DNA from: an uncultured Candidatus Saccharibacteria bacterium
GTDB taxonomy: Bacteria; Patescibacteriota; Minisyncoccia; Phycocordibacterales; UBA2100
Assembly: GCA_964462785.1 (NCBI GenBank)
Contig: CAYWZA010000004.1
Span: forward strand, 1 to 58,285
Length of the DNA: 58,285 bases
Direction: 5' to 3'
Below the pieces are notes generated by a model, which was not told where the DNA came from, ran no database searches, and saw only the letters and a program-made list of their open reading frames with translations. Positions 1 to 8,195 of the stretch are shown one piece after another (the stretch's first letter is position 1; every line of letters starts with the position of its first letter). The position numbers and the translations under genes were made by a program.

Positions 1-31
1 ACACTAGGCTGGTAATGTACAAGGTTGGTGT

Positions 32-481
32 TCAAAAATATGGGGGAGGGTCAAATTGATTGCGGCGATCTGAGTGCCCGTTATCACTTTCCGACCACAT
101 ACGCGGCTGTATCTGACAGCCAAATGAATCGGTGTGGAACCCCTCAACGGTCATTTCGATACCATTTATTGTCGAGCCGGTTGGAATCGAGAATCCAAAA
201 TTCTCGAAACTTTGATCATCCCCTTCAGTGCTCTCAGTAGAGTATGAGTTGTTGCTGCTGAAAGCATTGTCAGCATTGCTCCAGTCATCATGGGCGCCAT
301 CCTTTGCTGTAGGAGAATTGAAACCCGCTTCAGCGGCAAACAAATCTGACGGGAAGGCTGTAACGGCGGGTGCTCCTATGGAAACAACCATCATTAAAGC
401 GGTTGCAACTGAGGCAATCTTGGAGCTGACGACACTCACCGATGAATTATTAAACAATGAGAGCTTCATGCGCACGTTCAT
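32..481 (-). CDS. hypothetical secreted/membrane-anchored protein
   Basis: 149-aa ORF with an N-terminal hydrophobic signal-like segment (KIASVATALMMVVSIGAPAVTAF). The mature part is Ser/Asn/Asp-rich. No family recognised. Confidence 0.45.
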   Translation of the reverse strand: MNVRMKLSLFNNSSVSVVSSKIASVATALMMVVSIGAPAVTAFPSDLFAAEAGFNSPTAKDGAHDDWSNADNAFSSNNSYSTESTEGDDQSFENFGFSIPTGSTINGIEMTVEGFHTDSFGCQIQPRMWSESDNGHSDRRNQFDPPPYF

Positions 482-676
482 ATATTAAATTACGTAAAAA
501 ATACGCGCTAAAATTAATGCGGGAATGATATCACATTTCATGAAGAAAAGCAACATGCCGCACTGCACAACACTAAAAAAGCCTTACGTCGTATAGGACA
601 TATTAAAGGACATGGGTGTCCTTTATGGGTTTATTGTGATTTCCGCGATTGTTGCTATCGTTAAGGTAGCTTCATA

Positions 677-1639
677 GTGGAAAAACGGGGGGTTGAAATG
701 CCTCTATATTCAATACCGAGCTTGCGCAAACACGTCCGCTGGCAAAGGAGTAAGAGCCTCGTCTATTTACTCTCTGCGACGATCCTCTTTCTTGCCCTGC
801 CAAAGATAATATTTGAACTCTTGGTGGGGAAATTTCCCACTATCGCCGACCAAGTGAGCACCATATTTATTTGGTATCCAATTGTACTCGTAGCGGGAAT
901 GTGGGTCATTTTTCGTGCGATATGCGCAGAGGAGCGCACATTGCTGCAGTATGAGAGCGCTCATTTCGGATCATTGCCGAAAACGCGCGCAACATTTCTC
1001 AGGCTACTATCGCGTCTGGAAACAAAACATGACGTACGTTTAATCATTTCTGATGCCCTGCGCCACGAAAACATCGTCGCTCTTGCGGTACTCGGAAGGC
1101 ATGGTCAGCGCTATGTATGGGTTAACCCTCGCATCGAGAGTATGCTGGACGATCGACAAATCGAGGCTGTCCTTGCGCACGAGCTTGCACATCTTCGAGG
1201 CACTGACATGTTCGAGCGCCTCTGGCTGGGTGCTGGGCTTGTGGCTATAAACCTCGGTTTTGGGACATGCGGTCTCCTGATTGTTCTTTCGGCTCTCATG
1301 AATATCAGTACCAGCGCAGCGGGACAGGGATATATTCTGGCGAGCGTTATTTTTTGTGTCGCCTACGGCATATCTTGGCTTTTGTTCCTAGCGCACTCGC
1401 GCACGGCTGAATATCTTGCTGATGTTGGCATGCTTGAGCTTGCGGGTCCAGATTTCCGGACAGACTTAATCAGCGGACTCATCACATTCCATACTGGAAA
1501 ACGTGAGGCAGAGCTGATTATTCAAAAATATCCAACATTTTTTCACACACACCCTGCGCTTCTTTTCCGAGCCCGTGCACTCAAAGTGCGCCTCGAAAGA
1601 CTCGATGGGAAGACGATCGCTGTTCCCGACGCTCTTTAA
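677..1639 (+). CDS. M48-family (HtpX/Ste24-like) membrane zinc metallopeptidase
   Basis: HEXXH motif in context (AVLAHELAHLRGTD), several hydrophobic segments, and a C-terminal THPALLFRARAL typical of M48. An alternative ATG start lies at 698. Confidence 0.7.
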   Translation: MEKRGVEMPLYSIPSLRKHVRWQRSKSLVYLLSATILFLALPKIIFELLVGKFPTIADQVSTIFIWYPIVLVAGMWVIFRAICAEERTLLQYESAHFGSLPKTRATFLRLLSRLETKHDVRLIISDALRHENIVALAVLGRHGQRYVWVNPRIESMLDDRQIEAVLAHELAHLRGTDMFERLWLGAGLVAINLGFGTCGLLIVLSALMNISTSAAGQGYILASVIFCVAYGISWLLFLAHSRTAEYLADVGMLELAGPDFRTDLISGLITFHTGKREAELIIQKYPTFFHTHPALLFRARALKVRLERLDGKTIAVPDAL

Positions 1640-1640
1640 A

Positions 1641-1666
1641 CGCGACCCCGCAGGGGTCGCGTTTTG
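1641..1666 (+). terminator. intrinsic terminator after the M48 peptidase gene
   Basis: Perfect 9-bp GC stem cgcgacccc/ggggtcgcg, a 3-nt loop, then TTTT. Confidence 0.65.
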
Positions 1667-1914
1667 ACTTTCACTTTCGCAGCTGAAAAGTTATCCACAT
1701 GTATTTACATATTGTCCAGTCTTTGTATATTTACAGCATATGCAACAGGAGGAGTTTGATCCAATCAAACTCCAAGTAGCGCATCGTTGGGTTTTTCGAT
1801 TAGGCCCGATATTATCAGCTCTCTAATGCGAGCTGCAAAATTAGTTTGCAACTCGAACGGGACGGGAAAAACTACGTGCTAATCCCTCCCCTTTGGCGAG
1901 TGAAAACAACAACA

Positions 1915-2421
1915 ATGCCGGCGCGACGCTCCCTCGGGACCGTGCGCAAAGCTGCTGTAGCAAAATTAGCTACAGCCCCCCGCGTAAGCGGTGCAGGAAA
2001 ACGATTACTAACAACCGGTCGGTATCACTGGATTTTCGACGCAACAAACGTGCCGAAACAAGTGACCCTTGATCCGGCACTTTTGGAGAAAACGCTGCGC
2101 GACTTAGCGCGACTCTGCGAGATGAAAATTGTCGGCGGTCCGCTTGCTGTCGAGGGCATTCCCTCGAATCCCGGCTACACCGCAGTGTGCATCGTCGACT
2201 TTTCGCACATCGCGATCCACACGTTCTCGAATCCGCGTGAGGTATGCGTCGATATTTTCTCGTGCAAGCCGTTTCAGCCGAAAAAGGTACATGAGTATCT
2301 GCTCAAGACCTTTAAAGCATCAAAAGAGCAGTCGATGTTCTATGATGCGCGCGCACCGCACGAATACGGAAAGGTATTGCCTTTTCAAGATTGCGTCAGC
2401 GTGCCGCGTGCACTTGCATAA
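1915..2421 (+). CDS. S-adenosylmethionine decarboxylase-like (SpeH-type, pyruvoyl family) protein
   Basis: VCIVDFSHIAIHTFSNPREVCVDIFSCKPF resembles the ESHISIHTWPE...DVFTCG core of small AdoMetDC proenzymes. The start is set at the first ATG. The ORF is open from TTG 1846. Confidence 0.45.
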   Translation: MPARRSLGTVRKAAVAKLATAPRVSGAGKRLLTTGRYHWIFDATNVPKQVTLDPALLEKTLRDLARLCEMKIVGGPLAVEGIPSNPGYTAVCIVDFSHIAIHTFSNPREVCVDIFSCKPFQPKKVHEYLLKTFKASKEQSMFYDARAPHEYGKVLPFQDCVSVPRALA

Positions 2422-2434
2422 TGCAAATGATGCA

Positions 2435-2476
2435 ACAAAAAACACCCCCAACATCTAGCTGGGGGTGTTTGCGTTT
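2435..2476 (+). terminator. hairpin between convergent genes (possibly bidirectional terminator)
   Basis: Stem aacaccccca/tgggggtgtt flanked by an A-run and a T-rich tail. It overlaps the stop of the ClpP-like gene. Confidence 0.45.
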
Positions 2477-3114
2477 CCGGTCCCCAGTGCTGTGTGGGGA
2501 ATAATTTCATCGGCAAGTCCAAGCTCTACCGCTTCAAGAGCTGGTATGTACCGATCAAATTTCATCATTTCTTTGAGATTCTTTTTACTAAATTTTGGCT
2601 TCTTTTGACGAATCCGTTCCAGATAGATGCCATACATACTCTCTTGCAGCCGTTCGTTTTCTTTTGCCGCACTCTGGAAATCTTTTGCATGACCCTTGAA
2701 CGATTCTGATCCATGATGGATCATCATTGTCGCGTGCTCATGCATACGTCGCATGTCTGCGGCTTGCAGAATGATACTTGCCGCACTCATAACATACCCG
2801 CTTGCCTCGATAGTAATCGGGCACGGCGAAGCGCGAATGCGATCATACATGCCAAACATATGATATGCATCGCCACCCGGGTTATTCATCACAATCGTGA
2901 TGGTGTTGTCTTGTTCGGCTGAAAGCGGCCAGCGCTCTAAAATGCCAAGCCCTTTTTCGAGGCGACTCCACATCTGCGCGTCCACGCCAGATTCACCGCG
3001 TTCGAGGTCAACCTGCACGCTTTCGACAATGAGTTTGCGCGAGGGGATGTACAATCCATAGTCGTAAAAGATTTTTATCTCATCGTCTTTGCCGATCGTT
3101 TTGCGAGACGACAT
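2455..3114 (-). CDS. ClpP-family (S14) serine protease, divergent
   Basis: MNNPGGDAYHMFGMYDRI, GYVMSAASIILQAA (Ser), MMIHHG (His), and a C-terminal DRYIPALEAVELGLADEII. These match the ClpP family layout. Confidence 0.72.
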   Translation of the reverse strand: MSSRKTIGKDDEIKIFYDYGLYIPSRKLIVESVQVDLERGESGVDAQMWSRLEKGLGILERWPLSAEQDNTITIVMNNPGGDAYHMFGMYDRIRASPCPITIEASGYVMSAASIILQAADMRRMHEHATMMIHHGSESFKGHAKDFQSAAKENERLQESMYGIYLERIRQKKPKFSKKNLKEMMKFDRYIPALEAVELGLADEIIPHTALGTGNANTPS

Positions 3115-3197
3115 GGGCTACTCCCTTATGTGCTGTCGTCAATCTATCACAAAGGTGGTCAAAGAAAAAACCCTCCGCAGATCTGGAGGGTTTTTGT

Positions 3198-4115
3198 CTA
3201 TGGAGCTTGCGGGAGCTCTTGTTTTTCTAAAAATCGCAAGCCGTGTGCATCAATAAACGCGTGGAGCATTTCCGTTGAAATACTCAGTGCAATGTGGGGT
3301 ACAGGACCATATGGTCCGGCGGCAACAGCGACGGTCATGCCCACCATTTCAAAGAGATTGCGGTCATTTGAAAAATGATACAATCCTCCACCGGAATTGC
3401 CGCCATATACGGGAGCTGTTGAAAGAAAGAAAAAAGACTCCCCCACTGACTCATGCGTAACGCCGAGGATGCCCTGTGTCGGAATGGGACCATACCCCAT
3501 AGGCGATCCAAGCGCCCAGACAGGGCGAAATGGCTGCAGCGCCACATCTCGCGGTGCGAGATGTGCCACATATGCCATCTGCGGCGACTGCTCAATGCTC
3601 AACAGCGCAATATCTTTTTTTTCATCATGCGCAACGACGGTCGCGCGATATTCAGTCGGCTGGGCATCCAAGCTGCTGCTCGCAGCAGTCATGTGCACAA
3701 CGACAGTGACCGAGGCTGGTGCCGCAGCACCGTTTACCACCCCGTCGGTTTTCTTTTTTGTTTTTTTCTCTGATTTTTTTGCCGGCTCAGGAGGATCCGG
3801 CTTGACGACGTGCCAGTTGGTGAATACATACGTGCGTATTTGCTTACCTGTTGCCATTGAGGCATCGCACGCTCCGTCTGGATGCGGGAGTGCCGCTTCG
3901 ACAGTGCATATTGTTGCGTTGTCGAGATATCCGGAAAAAATAATTGTACCCGAACCAATGCTTGTCTTCCGCAGTACCTGCACCGTCGGATACAGCATGC
4001 TCTTTGCCATCTCAGATTCGAGCGCAGGGTCGTTGAAGTGCGATTGCTGTACCGGCTGCGCCTCAGCTGGCTGAAACGCAATAACCGCCATGAGTGCGAT
4101 TGCATATATACGCAT
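3198..4115 (-). CDS. secreted trypsin-like (S1/HtrA-like protease domain) serine protease
   Basis: Signal peptide MRIYAIALMAVIAFQPAEA. Catalytic triad contexts are TNWHVV, DIALLSI and GGNSGGGLY. AGGAG RBS lies 9 nt upstream of ATG 4115. The ORF is open to 4172. Confidence 0.75.
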   Translation of the reverse strand: MRIYAIALMAVIAFQPAEAQPVQQSHFNDPALESEMAKSMLYPTVQVLRKTSIGSGTIIFSGYLDNATICTVEAALPHPDGACDASMATGKQIRTYVFTNWHVVKPDPPEPAKKSEKKTKKKTDGVVNGAAAPASVTVVVHMTAASSSLDAQPTEYRATVVAHDEKKDIALLSIEQSPQMAYVAHLAPRDVALQPFRPVWALGSPMGYGPIPTQGILGVTHESVGESFFFLSTAPVYGGNSGGGLYHFSNDRNLFEMVGMTVAVAAGPYGPVPHIALSISTEMLHAFIDAHGLRFLEKQELPQAP

Positions 4116-4180
4116 TGAGACTACTCCTATACGTCTATAGGCACGATAGCATGGCGAGCATACCCGCACCATCCATACGG

Positions 4181-4211
4181 AAAAACACCGCGAGCAAGCT
4201 CGCGGTGTTTT
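4181..4211 (-). terminator. intrinsic terminator closing the MotA-like three-gene operon
   Basis: Stem acaccgcgagc/gctcgcggtgt with a 4-nt loop. A T-run follows on the minus strand. Confidence 0.65.
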
Positions 4212-4229
4212 GTGGCTCTTGTCAGAGCC

Positions 4230-4850
4230 CTATAGATCTTGTTCTTGTACACTTCCTCCTTGACCTGGAAGAGCGCCCGGAAAATTCGGTACGCCATCCT
4301 TTGGCATCGGGGCCTCTGGAGGCAGGTAATAGAAATGCATCTCACCCTCGGGGTTGAGAGATTTCTGCCAGCGCAGCATGAGTTTTCCTCGCTGCTTGTT
4401 CTTTGTATATTCCTGCATCATCTTTCCGATCGAACCTTCGAGTTCCTCAGTGAGAGGAGTCCAGTAATACTGGGAAGTACTGCCTTTATCAACAAGGAAC
4501 TCGACAATTTTTCTGTCCGGAATTTTGCGGGGAGGGTATACGAGCACCACTCCTCCCCCTTCGTTCATACGTTGCAGCCAGTAAGGCGATGCCCTGAGTG
4601 GCTTGCCGAGCTGCGCATGCATTGCAATTGCGCCCGTAAGCATCAGTACGCCTCCCAACACAAAGGTTGTGTTTTTCGCCCACAGACCCATGCCTCGAAA
4701 ACCGAAATACATGAGACCGCATACAGCAAGAAGCGCTGCCACGCCCCAGTAATTAAAGAAGTGGTTGTACACTTCGAAATCTGGGTCGCTAAACACCATG
4801 CTCGAGTAAAGCAAAAGCTTCTCGATTAGATTCATGTCCTCCATGTGCAC
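4230..4850 (-). CDS. membrane protein (2 predicted TM helices plus C-terminal soluble domain), unknown family
   Basis: 206-aa ORF starting 3 nt after the upstream gene's stop. Hydrophobic segments are WGVAALLAVCGLMYFGF and FVLGGVLMLTGAIAM. Last gene of the operon. Confidence 0.55.
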   Translation of the reverse strand: MHMEDMNLIEKLLLYSSMVFSDPDFEVYNHFFNYWGVAALLAVCGLMYFGFRGMGLWAKNTTFVLGGVLMLTGAIAMHAQLGKPLRASPYWLQRMNEGGGVVLVYPPRKIPDRKIVEFLVDKGSTSQYYWTPLTEELEGSIGKMMQEYTKNKQRGKLMLRWQKSLNPEGEMHFYYLPPEAPMPKDGVPNFPGALPGQGGSVQEQDL

Positions 4851-4853
4851 CTC

Positions 4854-5615
4854 CTATGACGAACAACGGTTGAGCATGTGGTTGTATTGCAGCCGCAAAC
4901 ATTCCGCATCGGAATGGGACTGCGATACGACTTCCCCTTGCTCATTTAATGTAAAGCACTGGACGGGAACTTCTTGCCCTACCCATTCAAGCTTCACCTC
5001 CGTAGAAAGGATCTCTTTCGGTTTTTCTACGATGGATTCGACTCCTGCCGGATTTTTTTGCAGACGAATCCGCATCTTTACCGGGATCACCTTGAGCGAC
5101 GACCGATTGCCATAGAGATGTACGCTGACGCAATACGTCCCTGCGGGAAAACCGCGGCTGGTAGTCACCTCATAGTTCGCCGGATCCGCAAAGGGAATGC
5201 AGCCGGACATCATGGTGCTTGCCGTCTGGTAGATACAGCCCAAGTCATCTCGATTGTGGTCGAGTGTCTTGCTGTGTCCATTCGAGTACCCAACAGGCTT
5301 TTCAAGATCTTCGGCAAGACGCCCGCGGTATTGCACCCACAAGTCGACGTCCGTCCATATCAGATCCTGCTGACCTGTGGCTGTGTTTGTGACCTTGGGG
5401 TCAGTTACGTTCCAGTACGCCTCGAAAATAACGTTGCCCGGACTGACGGCAGCCAGGCTCGGATTTTCAACTTGCTTTTTTGGGTCGCTGACCGCGGCAA
5501 GCAAAGTGAGCATGAGTGCCGCAAACGCCACAATTGAAACGATGAGCATGTCGCGAATGGCGGTGTTGATACCGTCTCCCCCGAATGCGTCTTCCGACTC
5601 GTAGCTGTCCATCAT
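4854..5615 (-). CDS. single-pass membrane protein, possible ExbD/TolR/MotB-type partner with an unrecognised Cys-rich ectodomain
   Basis: The N-terminal TM helix is preceded by Asp (INTAIRDMLIVSIVAFAALMLTLLA), like the proton-relay Asp of ExbD/TolR/MotB. A ~190-aa ectodomain with 7 Cys follows. The gene sits 13 nt downstream of the MotA-like gene. Confidence 0.5.
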   Translation of the reverse strand: MMDSYESEDAFGGDGINTAIRDMLIVSIVAFAALMLTLLAAVSDPKKQVENPSLAAVSPGNVIFEAYWNVTDPKVTNTATGQQDLIWTDVDLWVQYRGRLAEDLEKPVGYSNGHSKTLDHNRDDLGCIYQTASTMMSGCIPFADPANYEVTTSRGFPAGTYCVSVHLYGNRSSLKVIPVKMRIRLQKNPAGVESIVEKPKEILSTEVKLEWVGQEVPVQCFTLNEQGEVVSQSHSDAECLRLQYNHMLNRCSS

Positions 5616-5628
5616 TGTGCGGGTCTCC

Positions 5629-6276
5629 TTATGTCTTGTGCTTGAGCGCCCGGAATATCCGGTGCTTCAAGTCGTATGCGCCACTTCTAGCGAAACGATA
5701 CATCTGGCGCACGATGGTATAGACAATGATACCAATCATTGATGTGCCGAAGAGCGCAAGATGCCGTGCCATCTCAGGCAATTTCGCCATCACGTCTTCG
5801 GGTTTGATTCCAGTGAGGACACCGAATGTTTGCGTTAGTCCGTCAATGGTACCGATGATGCCCACAATGACGGCGAGGTTGGCGATGTGCGCAAGCGTAT
5901 CAATATGCTTGCCCAGCGTATCGCGGACAATCTCCTTAAGGAGGTCTCTATCGTGATCCTTGTCTTCGACCAGCGGAAGTCCGAAGAGGTCTATGACCTC
6001 TGGCGAATCCATGCCACCTGGCCGCTTGACCGCATTGAGTCCTCGCGAAATTTTCCAAGTCACCCACAGACACTTTGCGCAAGCCGCCAAAAGAAGGACG
6101 GCAAAAGCAAGATTGTAATGAATCTTGAATGTTGCCAACCAATGCTCGATAATTCCCGCGTTCCACAGATACCCGAACAGGATAGCTGTGGCCATGATGA
6201 GTAGCAACGCGTGGAAAAATTGACGGTAATCATGATCCTTGGTCTTTGCGACCGGACCAAGCTTGATCGCTACCAT
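5629..6276 (-). CDS. MotA/TolQ/ExbB-family proton-channel protein
   Basis: Four hydrophobic helices. Signature LAVIVGIIGTIDGLTQTF ... HLALFGTSMIGIIVYTI matches the GLLGTVxGMxxxF / ALxTTxxGL core of the family. Confidence 0.65.
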   Translation of the reverse strand: MVAIKLGPVAKTKDHDYRQFFHALLLIMATAILFGYLWNAGIIEHWLATFKIHYNLAFAVLLLAACAKCLWVTWKISRGLNAVKRPGGMDSPEVIDLFGLPLVEDKDHDRDLLKEIVRDTLGKHIDTLAHIANLAVIVGIIGTIDGLTQTFGVLTGIKPEDVMAKLPEMARHLALFGTSMIGIIVYTIVRQMYRFARSGAYDLKHRIFRALKHKT

Positions 6277-6543
6277 TTCGAAAATCTCCTCTATGTAACT
6301 GCTAATCTGCAGCGATGCCTCGTTTTGTTATATGCCTCATGGGAGGGGGTGTCAATGGATTTACTGCCTCGACCCCCATGCATTGACCATATATGTGATC
6401 CGTGTTAGATTTGCCCTATCGGGTTTGACTCCGATATGCAGGCGGTTTTTGAAAGAAGCCGTACAGCAGCGTAAAGAAGAAAAAGAGTCGGTTTTTTCAA
6501 GACGTTTGCACTAAAGCATTTTTACGAACTAGCACAATTGAAC

Positions 6544-6744
6544 ATGAGTTCAGGAACAATTGCCCGCCTCACGGATCGTGGTTACGGCTTCATTAAGCCA
6601 GATGGTGGAGAGAAAGATCTCTTCTTCCATGCCAAGGATCTCCAGGAAGTGCGCTACGACGATCTGCGCGAGGGAGACAAAGTCTCTTTCGAGATCGCCG
6701 AGAGCCCAAAGGGCCCGAACGCAGTTAGCGTTCGCCGTGGTTAA
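6544..6744 (+). CDS. cold-shock protein (CspA family)
   Basis: GTIARLTDRGYGFIKPDGGEKDLFFHAKDL carries the RNP1/RNP2-like cold-shock-domain motifs. About 66 aa. Confidence 0.9.
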   Translation: MSSGTIARLTDRGYGFIKPDGGEKDLFFHAKDLQEVRYDDLREGDKVSFEIAESPKGPNAVSVRRG

Positions 6745-6753
6745 TCCGCGGTC

Positions 6754-6791
6754 AAAACAAAAACAGCGCCTCACGGCGCTGTTTTTGTTTT
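6754..6791 (+). terminator. intrinsic (bidirectional-looking) terminator after csp
   Basis: 17-bp stem aaaacaaaaacagcgcc/ggcgctgtttttgtttt with loop tcac. Confidence 0.7.
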
Positions 6792-6797
6792 CGGCAC

Positions 6798-6918
6798 TGC
6801 AGGCAGTGGGGTGAGGTCTAAGCGCGCATGCACGCGTGTTGAGACAGCGCAGTGGTGATACTGCCCGAAGTTACCAAAAGCGATACTGTGAGCGAAGACC
6901 TGCACCCCTCTGCCTGCA
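6798..6918 (+). ncRNA. candidate structured RNA, unclassified motif, copy A
   Basis: A ~22-bp closing stem (6798-6819 / 6896-6918) has a bulged G. It encloses a core that is near-identical to 33550-33607. Stem sequences differ between copies but both pair. G-U pairs favour the plus strand. Confidence 0.4.
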
Positions 6919-6938
6919 TCAGCAGAACAAGAACCCCG

Positions 6939-7601
6939 TTACCAATCTATCGGCTTCTCGCCATGCTCTTTCAGGTATGCATTGGCTTTGCTGAAATGCT
7001 TGTTGCCAAAAAAGCCGCTCGCGGCAGAGAAGGGTGACGGATGCGCGCTCTCGAGCACGCAGTGCTTGCTGCGATCAATGTGCGCGCCTTTTTGTTTTGC
7101 ATAATTTCCCCAGAGCATGAACACGAGATGTTCGCGCTCGCTCGACAACGCGCGCACCACAGCGTCGGTGAATTGCTCCCATCCCTTTCCTTGATGACTT
7201 CCCGCCTGCGATGCACACACGGTCAACGTTGCGTTCAAAAGCAGCACGCCTTGCTTTGCCCAATGCAAAAGATTCGCATCCGCGTGCGCCGCGCGCCCCA
7301 GATCGCTTGCAATTTCCTTGAAAATATTTTGAAGCGATGGGGGAGTCGCGACGCCGTCATCAACAGCAAAGCAGAGCCCATTCGCCTGCCCCGCTCCGTG
7401 ATACGGATCCTGCCCGAGGATAACCACCTTCACCTGATCAAATGGGCACATATCGAACGCCCGAAAAATGCGCTTGGGCGGTGGAAATACTACCCCGCGT
7501 GCATACTCCTTTTTTACAAATGCGCTGAGGGTCGGAAAATACGGCTCCTCAAATTCTCGCGCTAACTGCTCATGCCATGACGGTTCGATCTTGATTGTCA
7601 T
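6939..7601 (-). CDS. ung: uracil-DNA glycosylase (family 1)
   Basis: VVILGQDPYHGAGQANGLCFAV and HPSPFSA motifs. The start is set at MTIKIEPSW. The ORF is open to 7730. Confidence 0.9.
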   Translation of the reverse strand: MTIKIEPSWHEQLAREFEEPYFPTLSAFVKKEYARGVVFPPPKRIFRAFDMCPFDQVKVVILGQDPYHGAGQANGLCFAVDDGVATPPSLQNIFKEIASDLGRAAHADANLLHWAKQGVLLLNATLTVCASQAGSHQGKGWEQFTDAVVRALSSEREHLVFMLWGNYAKQKGAHIDRSKHCVLESAHPSPFSAASGFFGNKHFSKANAYLKEHGEKPIDW

Positions 7602-7703
7602 GATGCGATGGTAGCACACCCCTACACCATGTGTGTGTTGCAGTGCGTTGTCGAGCAACCTGTGGCATGCTATAGAGCAGATAGATAAGCATAGGAGCAA
7701 CTC

Positions 7704-8195
7704 GTGGGCGGGAAACGTACTGACAGCCACCGCATCTACTCTGAATCAGAGCTCGCGGTGCGATTAAAATCGGGCACACTTAATACGCATCATCCGCTGC
7801 CGCAAAGCAGGTGGGATCGTAAAAGCAAGAACGACACCGTCGAGCTTAACGTGCATTTGCATACCGTACTGTGGCACGGCCAACTCTTCAGCAACATGAT
7901 TGCCCGGGAGGTCGCGACGCAATTGACAGTGTGGTGGAAAGAGGGGCATATCTTCCTCGGCAACAAGCGCAAGGGAAAATTTTACTGCGGCTATACCGCG
8001 CCTGGCACGCTTGATGAGCAGTGGCGTCGTCCGGAGATCAAACTTTCGATGACGCGGGATCAGGTCGAAGCATTCAATCACCTTTTTGGTCTTCGTACTG
8101 ACCCGGCCGTGATTGAAAAAATTCTCAACAAATATTTTTTGCATCCTACAACCCCCGTACAACTCATTCCCTCGTGGAGCTTCTGGAGCCGCTAG
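7704..8195 (+). CDS. hypothetical protein
   Basis: 163-aa ORF with a GTG start. Third-position GC is ~63% here versus ~53% for the exactly antisense ORF 7764-8198. It is divergent from ung. No family recognised. Confidence 0.4.
   Translation: MGGKRTDSHRIYSESELAVRLKSGTLNTHHPLPQSRWDRKSKNDTVELNVHLHTVLWHGQLFSNMIAREVATQLTVWWKEGHIFLGNKRKGKFYCGYTAPGTLDEQWRRPEIKLSMTRDQVEAFNHLFGLRTDPAVIEKILNKYFLHPTTPVQLIPSWSFWSR

Noticed and set aside
1691-1699. A perfect DnaA box TTATCCACA lies here, with a near-match at 33315-33323. I considered whether this marks a replication origin.
   Set aside because: These are single isolated boxes. About 0.4 perfect 9-mers are expected by chance in 58 kb on both strands. 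There is no cluster, no AT-rich unwinding element, and no dnaA/dnaN nearby.
6852-7037. A 61-aa ORF here and a 68-aa ORF at 33531-33737 overlap the conserved intergenic motif.
   Set aside because: The two copies of the conserved core are read in different frames, so the conservation is at the nucleotide or structure level, not the protein level.
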